Below, piece by piece: positions 1 to 9,202 of a stretch of DNA of 64,000 nucleotides; position 1 is the first letter of the stretch; each line of letters opens with the position of its first letter. The stretch is taken from the NCBI GenBank assembly GCA_963662405.2, contig CAXXKT010000001.1:384001-448000 (forward strand), given 5' to 3'. Position numbers and translations under genes: made by a program. The notes under the pieces were generated by a model, which saw nothing but the letters and a program-made list of their open reading frames with translations, had not been told where the DNA came from and made no database searches. The DNA is from Syntrophales bacterium (GTDB taxonomy: Bacteria > Desulfobacterota > Syntrophia > Syntrophales > UBA2210).

Positions 1-66
1 ATCATATTCGTGGGCATTCTCTTTTTTATGGCGTGGATAACAAAATTTTCACGAATCGATGAGTGA
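1..66 (+). CDS. 3' end of a membrane protein truncated by the window edge (possibly an exosortase)
   Basis: Frame 1 reads IIFVGILFFMAWITKFSRIDE*, a hydrophobic helix ending in W plus basic residues; it overlaps the next start. Confidence 0.5.
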   Translation: MIFVGILFFMAWITKFSRIDE

Positions 67-745
67 CATGACGACAAAAGGCATGACGGGGATGCCGGCT
101 TTTCTGGTCCGCTTCATCCCTGCCCTTCTTATTATATCGGCGTTGTTCTACGGTTTTGGCGCGTTCTATACCCGGATGGTCCTCCCCGTTTTCGCCTTTG
201 AAATGGAACTGTTTCATCCCGAATATGAAGTGCTGTCGTACGGAACGGAAAAAACCCGGACCGAGGGGAACAGCATGTATTATATTGTAAAGATCAACAG
301 GGCCACTATCAACAAGGGCGGCATCCCCAAGTACGGGAAAACGGTCAAGCTGAATACGGTCGCCAGCGTCCTGTATATCCAGCCCATTATCGTGTTGTCT
401 CTTCTCCTGTCATGGCCGGGGTTCTCCCTGAAAGAGCGAGGGTCCGGGATATTGATCTCCTTTCCCCTTATGCTGGCGGCGGCATCGATCGACATCCCCG
501 TCTTTTTCATCTCTCAGATAGAACAAGGGTTCCCCGTCGGCTCCCCGTCAGAACAGATACGGATCATGCTGAACAATTTCCTCAGCAATGGAGGACGGCA
601 GTTCCTTGCCCTTCTCGTCGTCCTGGTCACGATTGGGCTTATCAGCATCATGAAGAGCCCGCGGGTGGATCTGAACATACCCCCCAACGACCCCTGTCCA
701 TGCGGGAGCGGCAAAAAATACAAGCAGTGCTGCATGAACAGATAA
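59..745 (+). CDS. Multi-pass membrane protein with C-terminal SEC-C metal-binding motif (resembles exosortase-associated membrane proteins)
   Basis: Several hydrophobic segments; C-terminal NDPCPCGSGKKYKQCC. Confidence 0.8.
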   Translation: MSDMTTKGMTGMPAFLVRFIPALLIISALFYGFGAFYTRMVLPVFAFEMELFHPEYEVLSYGTEKTRTEGNSMYYIVKINRATINKGGIPKYGKTVKLNTVASVLYIQPIIVLSLLLSWPGFSLKERGSGILISFPLMLAAASIDIPVFFISQIEQGFPVGSPSEQIRIMLNNFLSNGGRQFLALLVVLVTIGLISIMKSPRVDLNIPPNDPCPCGSGKKYKQCCMNR

Positions 746-778
746 AGGGGCTGATCTGTTATCGCCGGGGAGGGAAAA

Positions 779-1519
779 ATGAAGGTTACTTGGCACGAAG
801 GCTTCACGCAGTCGTACTGTCTTGATCCGGCCGCGGAGTTCGGGCGGATGGAGGCCGTCACCAATGTTATAAAGGACCGGGTCGAGTTCGTTCCGGCAAT
901 TCCTGCGTCTGAAAAGGATATCCGCGCCTGCCATACCGAGCAGCACATCGCCGCCGTGAAGCGGCAGGGACTCTACGAGATCGCCTCCCTCGCGGCGGGG
1001 GGGACCATCCAGGCCGCCGACATCGGTCTTGCGGAGCCCTGTTTCGCCCTGGTCCGTCCCCCCGGTCACCATGCCTCCGCGAACAGCGCCTGGGGATTCT
1101 GCTTCTTCAACAACATGGCAATCGCTCTCTCGAAGCTGAAACGGGAAGGAAAAATACAAAAGGCCTTCGTCCTCGACTTCGATCTCCACTTCGGCGACGG
1201 GACCGTCAATATCCTGGGCCACGCGGACTACGTAACCATTTACAATCCGTCGGACCACGACGCGAACGCCTACCTCCGGGGAGTGGAAGAGATGCTCCCC
1301 GCCGATGCGGATATTATCGGGATCTCAGCCGGTTTCGACAATCATCTCGAAGACTGGGGGGGCGTTCTCTCGACCGACGACTACCGGGAGATGGGACGCA
1401 TGGTGCGCGCCGCGAGCCGTACGAGCGGCGGGGGCTGCTTCGCCGTCCTGGAGGGGGGGTACAACCACCGGGTTCTGGGGCACAATGTCATGGCCCTGAT
1501 AGAGGGGCTGGAAGAGTAG
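779..1519 (+). CDS. Histone deacetylase family protein
   Basis: Motifs RPPGHHA, GFCFFNN, DFDLHFGDG, SAGFD, LEGGY. Confidence 0.93.
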   Translation: MKVTWHEGFTQSYCLDPAAEFGRMEAVTNVIKDRVEFVPAIPASEKDIRACHTEQHIAAVKRQGLYEIASLAAGGTIQAADIGLAEPCFALVRPPGHHASANSAWGFCFFNNMAIALSKLKREGKIQKAFVLDFDLHFGDGTVNILGHADYVTIYNPSDHDANAYLRGVEEMLPADADIIGISAGFDNHLEDWGGVLSTDDYREMGRMVRAASRTSGGGCFAVLEGGYNHRVLGHNVMALIEGLEE

Positions 1520-1612
1520 GTATCCAAGACATATCGACACAGTATGACGGCGTTCGAGCCGACAATACCTCACGAGTTATCCCAGCATCGTCAGCAAGGG
1601 AGGGAACAATCC

Positions 1613-2662
1613 ATGAAGATACTCAAAAGAATCCTGCAGGGTATCGGCGTACTCATCGGAATCATTATCGTGTATTGTGCGATTATCACGTTCCTCCCCG
1701 GTTTCGAGGTCACGCAGCAGCCCCTGAGTGACGGGAAACAATCGGTCGCACAAGCGGAAGCCGATCTTTCTTCGTTCAGAAAGGATGTGAGCTTCACGGT
1801 TGAGGGAACGACGATCAGCGCGTGGCTCTTCCTGCCGGAGGATCTGTCAGCGAAGGTTCCCTGTATCGTTATGGGGCACGGTTTCGGCGGGACCAAGGAT
1901 ATGGGCCTGGAACGATACGCCCTTCTGTACCGGGATGCCGGCTACGCGGTCCTGGCCTTCGATTACCGCCATTTCGGTCAAAGCGGGGGCGAGCCGAGGC
2001 AGCTCATCTGGATACCCTACCAGCTGGAAGACTGGAAAGCCGCGATCCGATACGTCCGGGGCCTCGAGGAAATCGATCCGGAGAAAATCGCGCTGTGGGG
2101 GACCTCCTTCAGTGGGGGTCACGTAATCGTGACAGCCGCGCAGGACAACCGGCTCGCCTGCGTTGTCGCCCAATGCCCGGGGGTGGACGGTCATGCCTCA
2201 GGGGAAATGTTCGTAAAGAGGGTGGGAATCGGGCATGGGCTTCGCCTGCTCATGCATGGGCAACGTGACCTCATGAGGTCCCTCTTCGGGCTGTCGCCCC
2301 ATAAGATACCCATTGCGGGAAAACCGGGGACGATTGCCTGTTTGAACACGCCGGATGCGTATGACGGCTACCGCAAGACGGTTCCCGACACCTTTATCAA
2401 CGAAGTCTGCGCCCGTATATTGATACGGGGAGGCAAATACCGGCCGGTCAAACATGCAAGCAAAGTCCGCTGTCCGGTCCTCCTCCAGATATGCGAGGAA
2501 GACACCATCATCCCCCTGAGCGCGGCGCAGGAGACGGTCAAAGAGTTGGGGAAATACGGAGAGGCGATCTACTATCCTATCGGTCACTTCGATATCTACC
2601 GGGGGGGTCATTTCGAGGAGGCCCTCAACGATCAACTGGCGTTTTTGAAAAGGCACCTGTAG
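1613..2662 (+). CDS. Alpha/beta hydrolase with N-terminal membrane anchor
   Basis: HGFGG, FDYRHFGQS, nucleophile GTSFSG, C-terminal GHF; GGAGG before ATG 1613. Confidence 0.88.
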   Translation: MKILKRILQGIGVLIGIIIVYCAIITFLPGFEVTQQPLSDGKQSVAQAEADLSSFRKDVSFTVEGTTISAWLFLPEDLSAKVPCIVMGHGFGGTKDMGLERYALLYRDAGYAVLAFDYRHFGQSGGEPRQLIWIPYQLEDWKAAIRYVRGLEEIDPEKIALWGTSFSGGHVIVTAAQDNRLACVVAQCPGVDGHASGEMFVKRVGIGHGLRLLMHGQRDLMRSLFGLSPHKIPIAGKPGTIACLNTPDAYDGYRKTVPDTFINEVCARILIRGGKYRPVKHASKVRCPVLLQICEEDTIIPLSAAQETVKELGKYGEAIYYPIGHFDIYRGGHFEEALNDQLAFLKRHL

Positions 2663-2689
2663 CTCAGCGCTTCGTGAAGGAGGAATTGT

Positions 2690-3661
2690 ATGCTGAAATC
2701 CATACTGATCTCGGCTTTTATCTCAATAGCGATCTACTTCGGTATCGCCGCCGTCCTGATCCTGAGCGGCATCCCCGATCCGCCTGCGCAGGATGAAAGC
2801 AGCCTCCGATTCGAGGAACTGTTCATCGATTACGAAGGCCTGCCCGATCTGCACCGCTACGAGGCCAGAGACGGGGCGCAGTTATCGTACCGCCATTACC
2901 CTTCCGAATCGAACACGGTCCTGATCCTGTTGCACGGCGCGGGGTATCACAGTCGCTACCTGATGCCCCTGGCCCAATTCATCAGCTCCGAAGGCCTGGC
3001 GCATGTCTACACCCCCGATCTGCGCGGGCACGGACCGGCCCCCACGCGAAGGGGCGATATCGACTACATCGGGCAATACGAGGACGACATCGCCGACCTG
3101 ATTGCCGTGGTCCGGGATCGGCACCCCGATGCCGCACTGATCGTCGGTGGGCACTCCTCCGGCGGCGGGCTGACGATTCGCTTCGCGGGGAGTCGGTACG
3201 GGCGGCAGGCCGACGCCTATCTCCTCCTGACACCCTATCTCAAATACAACGCCCCCACCATGCGCCCCCAATCCGGGGGATGGGCGCAGCCCTTCACGAA
3301 ACGTATCATCGGTCTGGTGCTCCTCAATAATGTGGGAATCCGCTCGTTCAATCACCTGCCGGTCATTCGATTCAATACACCCGAAGAGGCAAGGGACGGG
3401 ACGGAGACCCTGTCGTACACCTACCGGCTCAATACGGCATATGCCCCGAAGAATTACAAAAAGGGACTCAAGGCCATTACACAACCCATCCTGGTCGTGG
3501 CCGGCACCGCCGACGAGGTGTCGTACGCCGATCAATTTGAACCCGTCATCTCACAATACACCGACGCGCAGGTGGAACTACTGGCCGGTGTCACGCACAT
3601 GGGGGTCGTGGTGGGAAGCGAAACCCGACCGGTGATAAAGAAATGGCTGGAAGAACGGTAA
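2690..3661 (+). CDS. Alpha/beta hydrolase (lysophospholipase-like)
   Basis: LHGAG, PDLRGHG, GHSSGG; AGGAGG RBS. Confidence 0.88.
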   Translation: MLKSILISAFISIAIYFGIAAVLILSGIPDPPAQDESSLRFEELFIDYEGLPDLHRYEARDGAQLSYRHYPSESNTVLILLHGAGYHSRYLMPLAQFISSEGLAHVYTPDLRGHGPAPTRRGDIDYIGQYEDDIADLIAVVRDRHPDAALIVGGHSSGGGLTIRFAGSRYGRQADAYLLLTPYLKYNAPTMRPQSGGWAQPFTKRIIGLVLLNNVGIRSFNHLPVIRFNTPEEARDGTETLSYTYRLNTAYAPKNYKKGLKAITQPILVVAGTADEVSYADQFEPVISQYTDAQVELLAGVTHMGVVVGSETRPVIKKWLEER

Positions 3662-3759
3662 AAAGAAAAAGTTCGTAACGGCTTGTAGTATCTTTAAATT
3701 GTGTACCAGACATTTTTTTGAAGCTTAATCAATGTGAAAGGAGGAATGATAAAAAGTCT

Positions 3760-3930
3760 TCATGAGCTGTGAATTGGGATACACTGTTTGAAACTTTATA
3801 GTTTTGGGCAGCAAGGCTACTGTTCGACATGTTTACTGGTCTTCGAGACCGCAAAGGAGAATGAAGAGCTGTAGCCGCAACATTCAATGATCTTCGAGAT
3901 CGAATAGGAGATTGGGACCAATTCACCTGA
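3760..3930 (+). ncRNA. Putative IS110 bridge RNA
   Basis: Outer stem GTGAATTGG (3769-3777) / CCAATTCAC (3918-3926); two similar hairpins (3838-3850, 3889-3901) flanked by segments matching the target and donor junctions. Confidence 0.75.
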
Positions 3931-3962
3931 CAGGCGCTGTCCAAGATGTGAGGAGGCGTTCT

Positions 3963-5075
3963 ATGAAGATGAGTATCGGGGTTGACCTTCACAAGACGCA
4001 GTTTACCGTTTGTTGTTTGAGTGAAGATCGGAGTGTTCAGGAGTCGGGCATCTACCCGACGACTGATCGAGGTTACCGGGCATTTATCATGAAGGTGTCC
4101 AACTGGAATGAGGGCGGTTACGAGGTCACGGCAGCGGTGGAATCAACAGGGAACACCCGACACTTTCGCAACCGGTTTTTGAAGGCGGGGATTGAGGTCA
4201 AGATAGTGAACACCTTGAAATTCAAGGTTGTAAATGAGTCAGTAAAAAAGACTGACAAGCATGATTCCCGCACATTGGCTGAGTTTCTTGAGAAAGATAT
4301 GCTTCCCGAGTCCATTCTTTGTTCGCAGGAAAGCGAGGACATTCGAAGGCTTCTCAAGTCACGTTCTGTTCTGGTGAAAGCTTTGGTATCCTTGAAAAAC
4401 CAGATACACGGTTTATTGCTTGGATATGGGATAGAGAGTCGGCGGGGACAGCTGCAGAGCAAAAAAGAAAGGCAGCGAATCCTTGACGGTCTCGCGGACC
4501 ATAGGAGTTACGGAAACGCTGCCCGAGCGGTAAAACCGCTTCTTGGTACAATAGACCAAATTGCATCCGAGGTCAAAGGACTTGAGCGCGTATTATCTGA
4601 TCTTGTTTCTGAAGACGAGGATGTTGCTCTGTTGCAAACGATTCCTGGCGTTGGAATAATAACAGCAGCGACGATTCGGGCTTATACCGATGACATCAAC
4701 CGATATGAGAGCGCCAAGCAGTATGCTGCTCATGCCGGTTTGGTACCATGGGTTCAAAACTCCAACAAGACCATTCGCCATGGTCATATTACCAAGCGAG
4801 GCCCCGTGGAACTGAGGACGGCTTTTGTGCAAATGGTAATGGGGATGCTACGGCTTCGGAATAAAACCGATGGATATTGGCTTATGTACAAATACAAAGC
4901 CATGAAAGAGAACAAGGGAACCGGGAAGAGCGTAATAGCGACGGCGCGAAAGATGAGCACTATTGTATATGCCATCTTGAAGAAGGGGGAGCCGTTTGAT
5001 CCATCGAAAATGCTGCCAGACCCGAAATATGTAGAGATGAGTAAGGTTGCGAGGTGTTATGCTTTGGCCGTTTAA
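3963..5075 (+). CDS. IS110 family transposase/recombinase
   Basis: IGVDLHK, VESTG, KTDKHDS (DEDD RuvC-like domain); LQTIPGVG, GLVP..QNS, GHITKRG; GAGGAGG RBS. Confidence 0.95.
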   Translation: MKMSIGVDLHKTQFTVCCLSEDRSVQESGIYPTTDRGYRAFIMKVSNWNEGGYEVTAAVESTGNTRHFRNRFLKAGIEVKIVNTLKFKVVNESVKKTDKHDSRTLAEFLEKDMLPESILCSQESEDIRRLLKSRSVLVKALVSLKNQIHGLLLGYGIESRRGQLQSKKERQRILDGLADHRSYGNAARAVKPLLGTIDQIASEVKGLERVLSDLVSEDEDVALLQTIPGVGIITAATIRAYTDDINRYESAKQYAAHAGLVPWVQNSNKTIRHGHITKRGPVELRTAFVQMVMGMLRLRNKTDGYWLMYKYKAMKENKGTGKSVIATARKMSTIVYAILKKGEPFDPSKMLPDPKYVEMSKVARCYALAV

Positions 5076-5139
5076 ATTTTAACCATGGGCCTGTTTGACA
5101 GGCTCTCCATGAATTGACTTTTTATAGGAGGAGGTATTG

Positions 5140-5814
5140 ATGGAACTGAAAGAAGCTATCACGAAGCGGATCAGCGTGAGGGGCTACAGACCGGATCCCG
5201 TTTCCCGGGAGGTCCTGACCGAGATCATTGAGACATCCCTTCGCGCGCCGTCCGCGATGAACGTCCAGCCCTGGGGGATCACCGTTCTTGCCGGCGGACC
5301 TCTGGACCGGTTGCGCGACACGAATATGGAGCTGCTGAAATCGGGCGCGGTTCCCGTTTCGGATTTCGGGCATGCGAAACCGTACGAAGGGGTCTACAAG
5401 GAACGCCAACGCACGCTGGGATTCCAATTATACGGCCTCCTCGGCATTGAGCGGAATGACAAGGCAAAACGAATGGAGTGGACCATGAAGGGGTTTCGGG
5501 GGTTCGACGCACCGGCCATGGTCATCCTGTCGGCCGACAAGGGCCTCGATACCCGGCTCGCCGGTTCCGATATGGGCGGACTCATTCAGACCATCTGTCT
5601 GGTGGCCCTCGAATACGGCCTGGGCACCTGCATCAACGGACAGGGCATCTTCTTCCCCGACGCCGTCAGGACGGTTGCCGGTATTCCGGAATCGCACAAC
5701 ATCTATATCTGTATCGCCATCGGCTATCCCGACTGGGACCATCCGGCGAACAGGCTGGTGAGCGACCGGGAGTCCATTGAAACCGTCACGCGCTGGGTCG
5801 GATTCGATCAATAG
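5140..5814 (+). CDS. Nitroreductase family protein
   Basis: KRISVRGY, APSAMNVQPW, IAIGYP. Confidence 0.92.
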   Translation: MELKEAITKRISVRGYRPDPVSREVLTEIIETSLRAPSAMNVQPWGITVLAGGPLDRLRDTNMELLKSGAVPVSDFGHAKPYEGVYKERQRTLGFQLYGLLGIERNDKAKRMEWTMKGFRGFDAPAMVILSADKGLDTRLAGSDMGGLIQTICLVALEYGLGTCINGQGIFFPDAVRTVAGIPESHNIYICIAIGYPDWDHPANRLVSDRESIETVTRWVGFDQ

Positions 5815-5855
5815 AAAACCTTTGGTATCCCGGTAACGGCAAGTCGCCTGTTGAA

Positions 5856-6197
5856 ACGCGGGCCGTGGGGATGAAGAAGGCCAAGGAGATCTGGTACCTG
5901 TGCCGGCGCTACACGGCGAAAGAGGCGCTGGACATGGGACTGGTGAACGCGGTCGTCCCCCCGGACAAACTTGACGAAGAGGTCGCGGCGTGGTGCCGGG
6001 AACTCCTTGAGAAGAGCCCGACCGCCCTCAAGATGCTCAAGTATTCTTTCCACGGGGAGACGGACGGCGTCATGGGAATTTCCAACCTGGGGGTCGGCGG
6101 TCTCAGCATGTATTACGAAACGGACGAATCCCTGGAAGGGAAAACGGCCTTCATGGAGAAGAGAAGACCGGACTACTCGAAATTCCGAGGCAAGTGA
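5856..6197 (+). pseudogene. C-terminal remnant of a crotonase-family enzyme (MenB/BadI-like)
   Basis: AVGMKKAKEIWYLCRRYTAKEALDMGLVN...EGKTAFMEKRRPDY; no room for the N-terminal part after the nitroreductase stop. Confidence 0.75.
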
Positions 6198-6330
6198 TTC
6201 GGCAAACCGCGGGAGGAACTCTTCCTCTGATCTTCACAATTACCCAGGATCTTTTTCACTTCTGACAGGAAATCCAGAAAATGTAAACAACGCTACTTTA
6301 TTTCACACTTTCCTGGACTTTGATTCTTCA

Positions 6331-8289
6331 TCACCGGATCAGCCACTGATCAAAGGGGAGTTCCTCCGGTTCGCGGTCGGCGGGGGCCAGTTCGGCGATA
6401 AAGCGTGACGGGACGGCGTCCGCGCTCCAGACGCCCTGGGTCCGGCCCACCAGGGGATGGCAGAAGTAAAGCTGGTCCTTCGCCCGGGTGGTGGCGACAT
6501 AGAAAAGCCGCCGCTCCTCGTCCTCTCCTCCCGGTTCCTTCAGGGCGCGGGCCAGGGGGAACATCCCTTCCGTGCACCAGATCATGAAAACGACCGACCA
6601 CTCGAGGCCCTTGGCCTGGTGGATCGAGCTGAGGACGACCTTGTGATTGTTCTCCTCCGGCCGGTAGGTGGCCTCTTCCTCCGTGATGTTCGTCATCAGG
6701 GCAAGGTCGCTCAGGAAATCCTCGAGCGAGACGAACTCCGATGAGAAGTTCGACAGCTGCCACAGGTCCTCCTCACGCGAGGCCCCGTCCCCGTATTTCT
6801 CCTCCATTCGCTCCCGGTAGCCCCCCTTCAGGATGGCATCGACAATCCGTGTCAGGGCGTGGGAGTTCGCCAGCTCACGGATCGTCTTCAGCGTTTCCCT
6901 GAATCCGTCGATCCCGGCCGCGGCACCCTTCGGGACTTTTTTCATGAACTCGTCGGAAAAGACGATTTCCATGGGTTCTTCCTGAGCGGAGATATACTCC
7001 CATATCTTCCGTGCCGTCACATCCCCGATCTTGGGGTAGAGTTTCAGGACCCGCTTCCAGGCGATCTCGTCCAGGGGGTTCGCCGCGATCCGCATGAAGG
7101 CGGTCACATCCTTGATGTGGGCCTGTTCGAAGAACCGGATCCCCGACCGGATCTCGAAAGGGATACCCCGCCGGACCAGTTCCATCTGGAGTTCCATGGA
7201 GTGGTAGTGAGCCCGGTAGAGGACGGCGATCTCCCCCAGGGGAACGCCTTCGTCGGACAGCTCGATTATCCGCTGGGTAACGAAATCGGCCTGCTGGAGG
7301 ACATTCCGAATGGGGACGAAGACGGGCCGGACCCCCTTCTTCCGGACGGCCCGCAGGACCTTCTCGAACTGCTGCGGGTTGTTCACGATGCTCATGTTGG
7401 CCAGGGCGAGGATCTCCGGGGTACTCCGGTAGTTGGTCTCCAGCTTGAAGACCTGCGCGTCCGGGTAGCGTTCCGGGAAACGGATGATATTAGTGAAATT
7501 CGCGCCCCGGAAGGAGTAGATGCTCTGGGAATCGTCTCCCACCACCATCAGGTTCCGGTGGCGCGAGGCGAGGAGGTCGAGGATCTCGGCCTGGATAATG
7601 TTCGTATCCTGGTATTCGTCCACCAGGATGTGACAGAACCGGTCGGCATACTCGCCCTGCACCTCGGGGAAATCGGCCAGGAGGGCACGCCAGTTGAACA
7701 GGATATCGTCGAAGTCCATCACGTTCAGCTCCTTCTTGCGGAGCCGGTAGCGCAGGGCGACCTTGAGGATGTCGGTGATGCACCGGGAGAGTTTGCGGTA
7801 TTTCCCCTCGATGATCTCTTCGATCGGCACCCCGGTGTTCGTGGAGAGGCTGATAATCTCTCCCAGGGTGCTGGGCTTGGGGAAGGTGCCGTCCGCGGTG
7901 TGGATTCCCAGCTCCCGGACACAGGTATTGATGAGCTGGCGCGAGTCCTCCGCGTCCACGATCGTGTAGCCCCGTTCGTATCCGAGGAGGTCGGCATACC
8001 GCCGGAGGATGCGGTTCCCCACGTGGTGGAAGGTCCCGCCCCACAACCTCCCCAGGTCCACATCCACCAGCTTCTCCACGCGCGACAACATCGAACGCGC
8101 GGCCTTGTTGGTGAAGGTGGCGAGAAGGATCTGTCCCGGGTCGATCCCCTCTTCGATCAGGTGGGCGACCCGGTAGGTAAGGGCACGCGTCTTGCCGCTC
8201 CCGGCACCGGCGATCACGAGGATCGGGCCGTCAGGGGCCCGCACCACGTCACGCTGTTCGGGATTGAGTTCCTGTTCGTAATCGATCAC
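6331..8289 (-). CDS. pcrA: ATP-dependent DNA helicase UvrD/PcrA family
   Basis: AGAGSGKT, TFTNKAA, VDEYQD, VGDDSQSIYSFRGA, HQAKGLEW, EERRLFYVATTRA; probable GTG start at 8289. Confidence 0.93.
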   Translation of the reverse strand: MIDYEQELNPEQRDVVRAPDGPILVIAGAGSGKTRALTYRVAHLIEEGIDPGQILLATFTNKAARSMLSRVEKLVDVDLGRLWGGTFHHVGNRILRRYADLLGYERGYTIVDAEDSRQLINTCVRELGIHTADGTFPKPSTLGEIISLSTNTGVPIEEIIEGKYRKLSRCITDILKVALRYRLRKKELNVMDFDDILFNWRALLADFPEVQGEYADRFCHILVDEYQDTNIIQAEILDLLASRHRNLMVVGDDSQSIYSFRGANFTNIIRFPERYPDAQVFKLETNYRSTPEILALANMSIVNNPQQFEKVLRAVRKKGVRPVFVPIRNVLQQADFVTQRIIELSDEGVPLGEIAVLYRAHYHSMELQMELVRRGIPFEIRSGIRFFEQAHIKDVTAFMRIAANPLDEIAWKRVLKLYPKIGDVTARKIWEYISAQEEPMEIVFSDEFMKKVPKGAAAGIDGFRETLKTIRELANSHALTRIVDAILKGGYRERMEEKYGDGASREEDLWQLSNFSSEFVSLEDFLSDLALMTNITEEEATYRPEENNHKVVLSSIHQAKGLEWSVVFMIWCTEGMFPLARALKEPGGEDEERRLFYVATTRAKDQLYFCHPLVGRTQGVWSADAVPSRFIAELAPADREPEELPFDQWLIR

Positions 8290-8311
8290 GTTCTTGACAA
8301 AACCATGTATC

Positions 8312-8959
8312 TCATCCCTTGAGGCTCTTTTCGATCTCGGCGACCGTCTCCTTGCTGCTGAGGGAAACGAAGGTCCGCAGGAGCCCTCTCCCATCGTAAA
8401 ACCCGATCAGGGGAGCGGTCTTTTCGTTGTAGGTCTCGAGGCGGTTCAGGATCGCCTCCTCCGTCTCGTCGTCGCGCTGGATGGTGGGACTTCCGCACTT
8501 TTTGCACGTCCCATCCGGATTGGGCGGATTGCTCTTGATATTGTATATCTCCTGGCACTCGGAATTGGAGCAGGTCCGGCGCGTGGTCAGGCGGTCCAGG
8601 ATCACATCCCTCGGGACCTCGAGGCTGACCACGAAGTCGAGGGCAATCCCCAGCTTTGCCAGCAGCTTTTCGAGTTCCTCGGCCTGCGGGATCGTCCGCG
8701 GGAAGCCGTCGAGGAGAAATCCCTTTGCGCAGTCGTCTTCCTGGAGGCGGGCCTCCATGATCTCCATGATCAGGGAATCGGGGACCAGATCCCCGCTGTC
8801 CATATATGCCTTCGCCTTTGTGCCGAGTTCGGAGCCGCTCTTCACGGCGGCACGGAGGATGTCTCCCGTCGAGATCTGCACGGACCCGTCAATCTCGGAC
8901 AGGAGCTTCGCCACGGTGCCCTTCCCCGCGCCGGGCGCGCCCAACAGTACAAGTTTCAT
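8312..8959 (-). CDS. adk: Adenylate kinase
   Basis: GAPGAGKGT, ISTGDILR, LDGFPRT, four-Cys LID. Confidence 0.97.
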   Translation of the reverse strand: MKLVLLGAPGAGKGTVAKLLSEIDGSVQISTGDILRAAVKSGSELGTKAKAYMDSGDLVPDSLIMEIMEARLQEDDCAKGFLLDGFPRTIPQAEELEKLLAKLGIALDFVVSLEVPRDVILDRLTTRRTCSNSECQEIYNIKSNPPNPDGTCKKCGSPTIQRDDETEEAILNRLETYNEKTAPLIGFYDGRGLLRTFVSLSSKETVAEIEKSLKG

Positions 8960-8991
8960 GATACTACCTCCTTGGTAATGTAAACGGACCC

Positions 8992-9020
8992 GTTATATAG
9001 GGAACCCACCACGGGGTCAA
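8992..9020 (-). promoter_or_regulatory. Sigma70-type promoter of adk-pcrA
   Basis: TTGACC-17 nt-TATAAC. Confidence 0.65.
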
Positions 9021-9126
9021 GGGAATAGCGAAGTGACGTGGGGAAGGGAATGGGTTATGTACATTAATGGTGGTTAAGTGGTTGTTATTGCTTAGACTTT
9101 GATAAAATGGGCGCTGTCCCTATTTA
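9015..9126. repeat. Imperfect ~110-bp direct repeat, copy 1
   Basis: GGTCAAGGGAATAGCGnAGTGACG...TTGTTATTG...GGCGCTGTCCCTATTTA shared with 13866-13975. Confidence 0.75.
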
Positions 9127-9202
9127 TTAAATAGAGAGGTGGTCCGGTTCATTAGGACAGGTAACAGGGATTTATAAGTGGGAAGTCGCCCTGTGTTTGT
9201 GT

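Larger units (their letters stand above)
3739..5132 (+). mobile_element. IS110-family element
   Basis: AGGAGGA at both junctions (3739-3745, 5126-5132); sub-terminal inverted repeats ATAAAAAGTC (3749-3758) and GACTTTTTAT (5116-5125); long 5' non-coding end; DEDD transposase. Confidence 0.9.

Noticed and set aside
3912..3962. TTG-initiated N-terminal extension of the IS110 transposase
   Set aside because: Overlaps the RNA stem; the strong SD points to ATG 3963
6859..8322. 487-aa plus-strand ORF
   Set aside because: Antisense shadow of the GC-rich pcrA gene; no motifs
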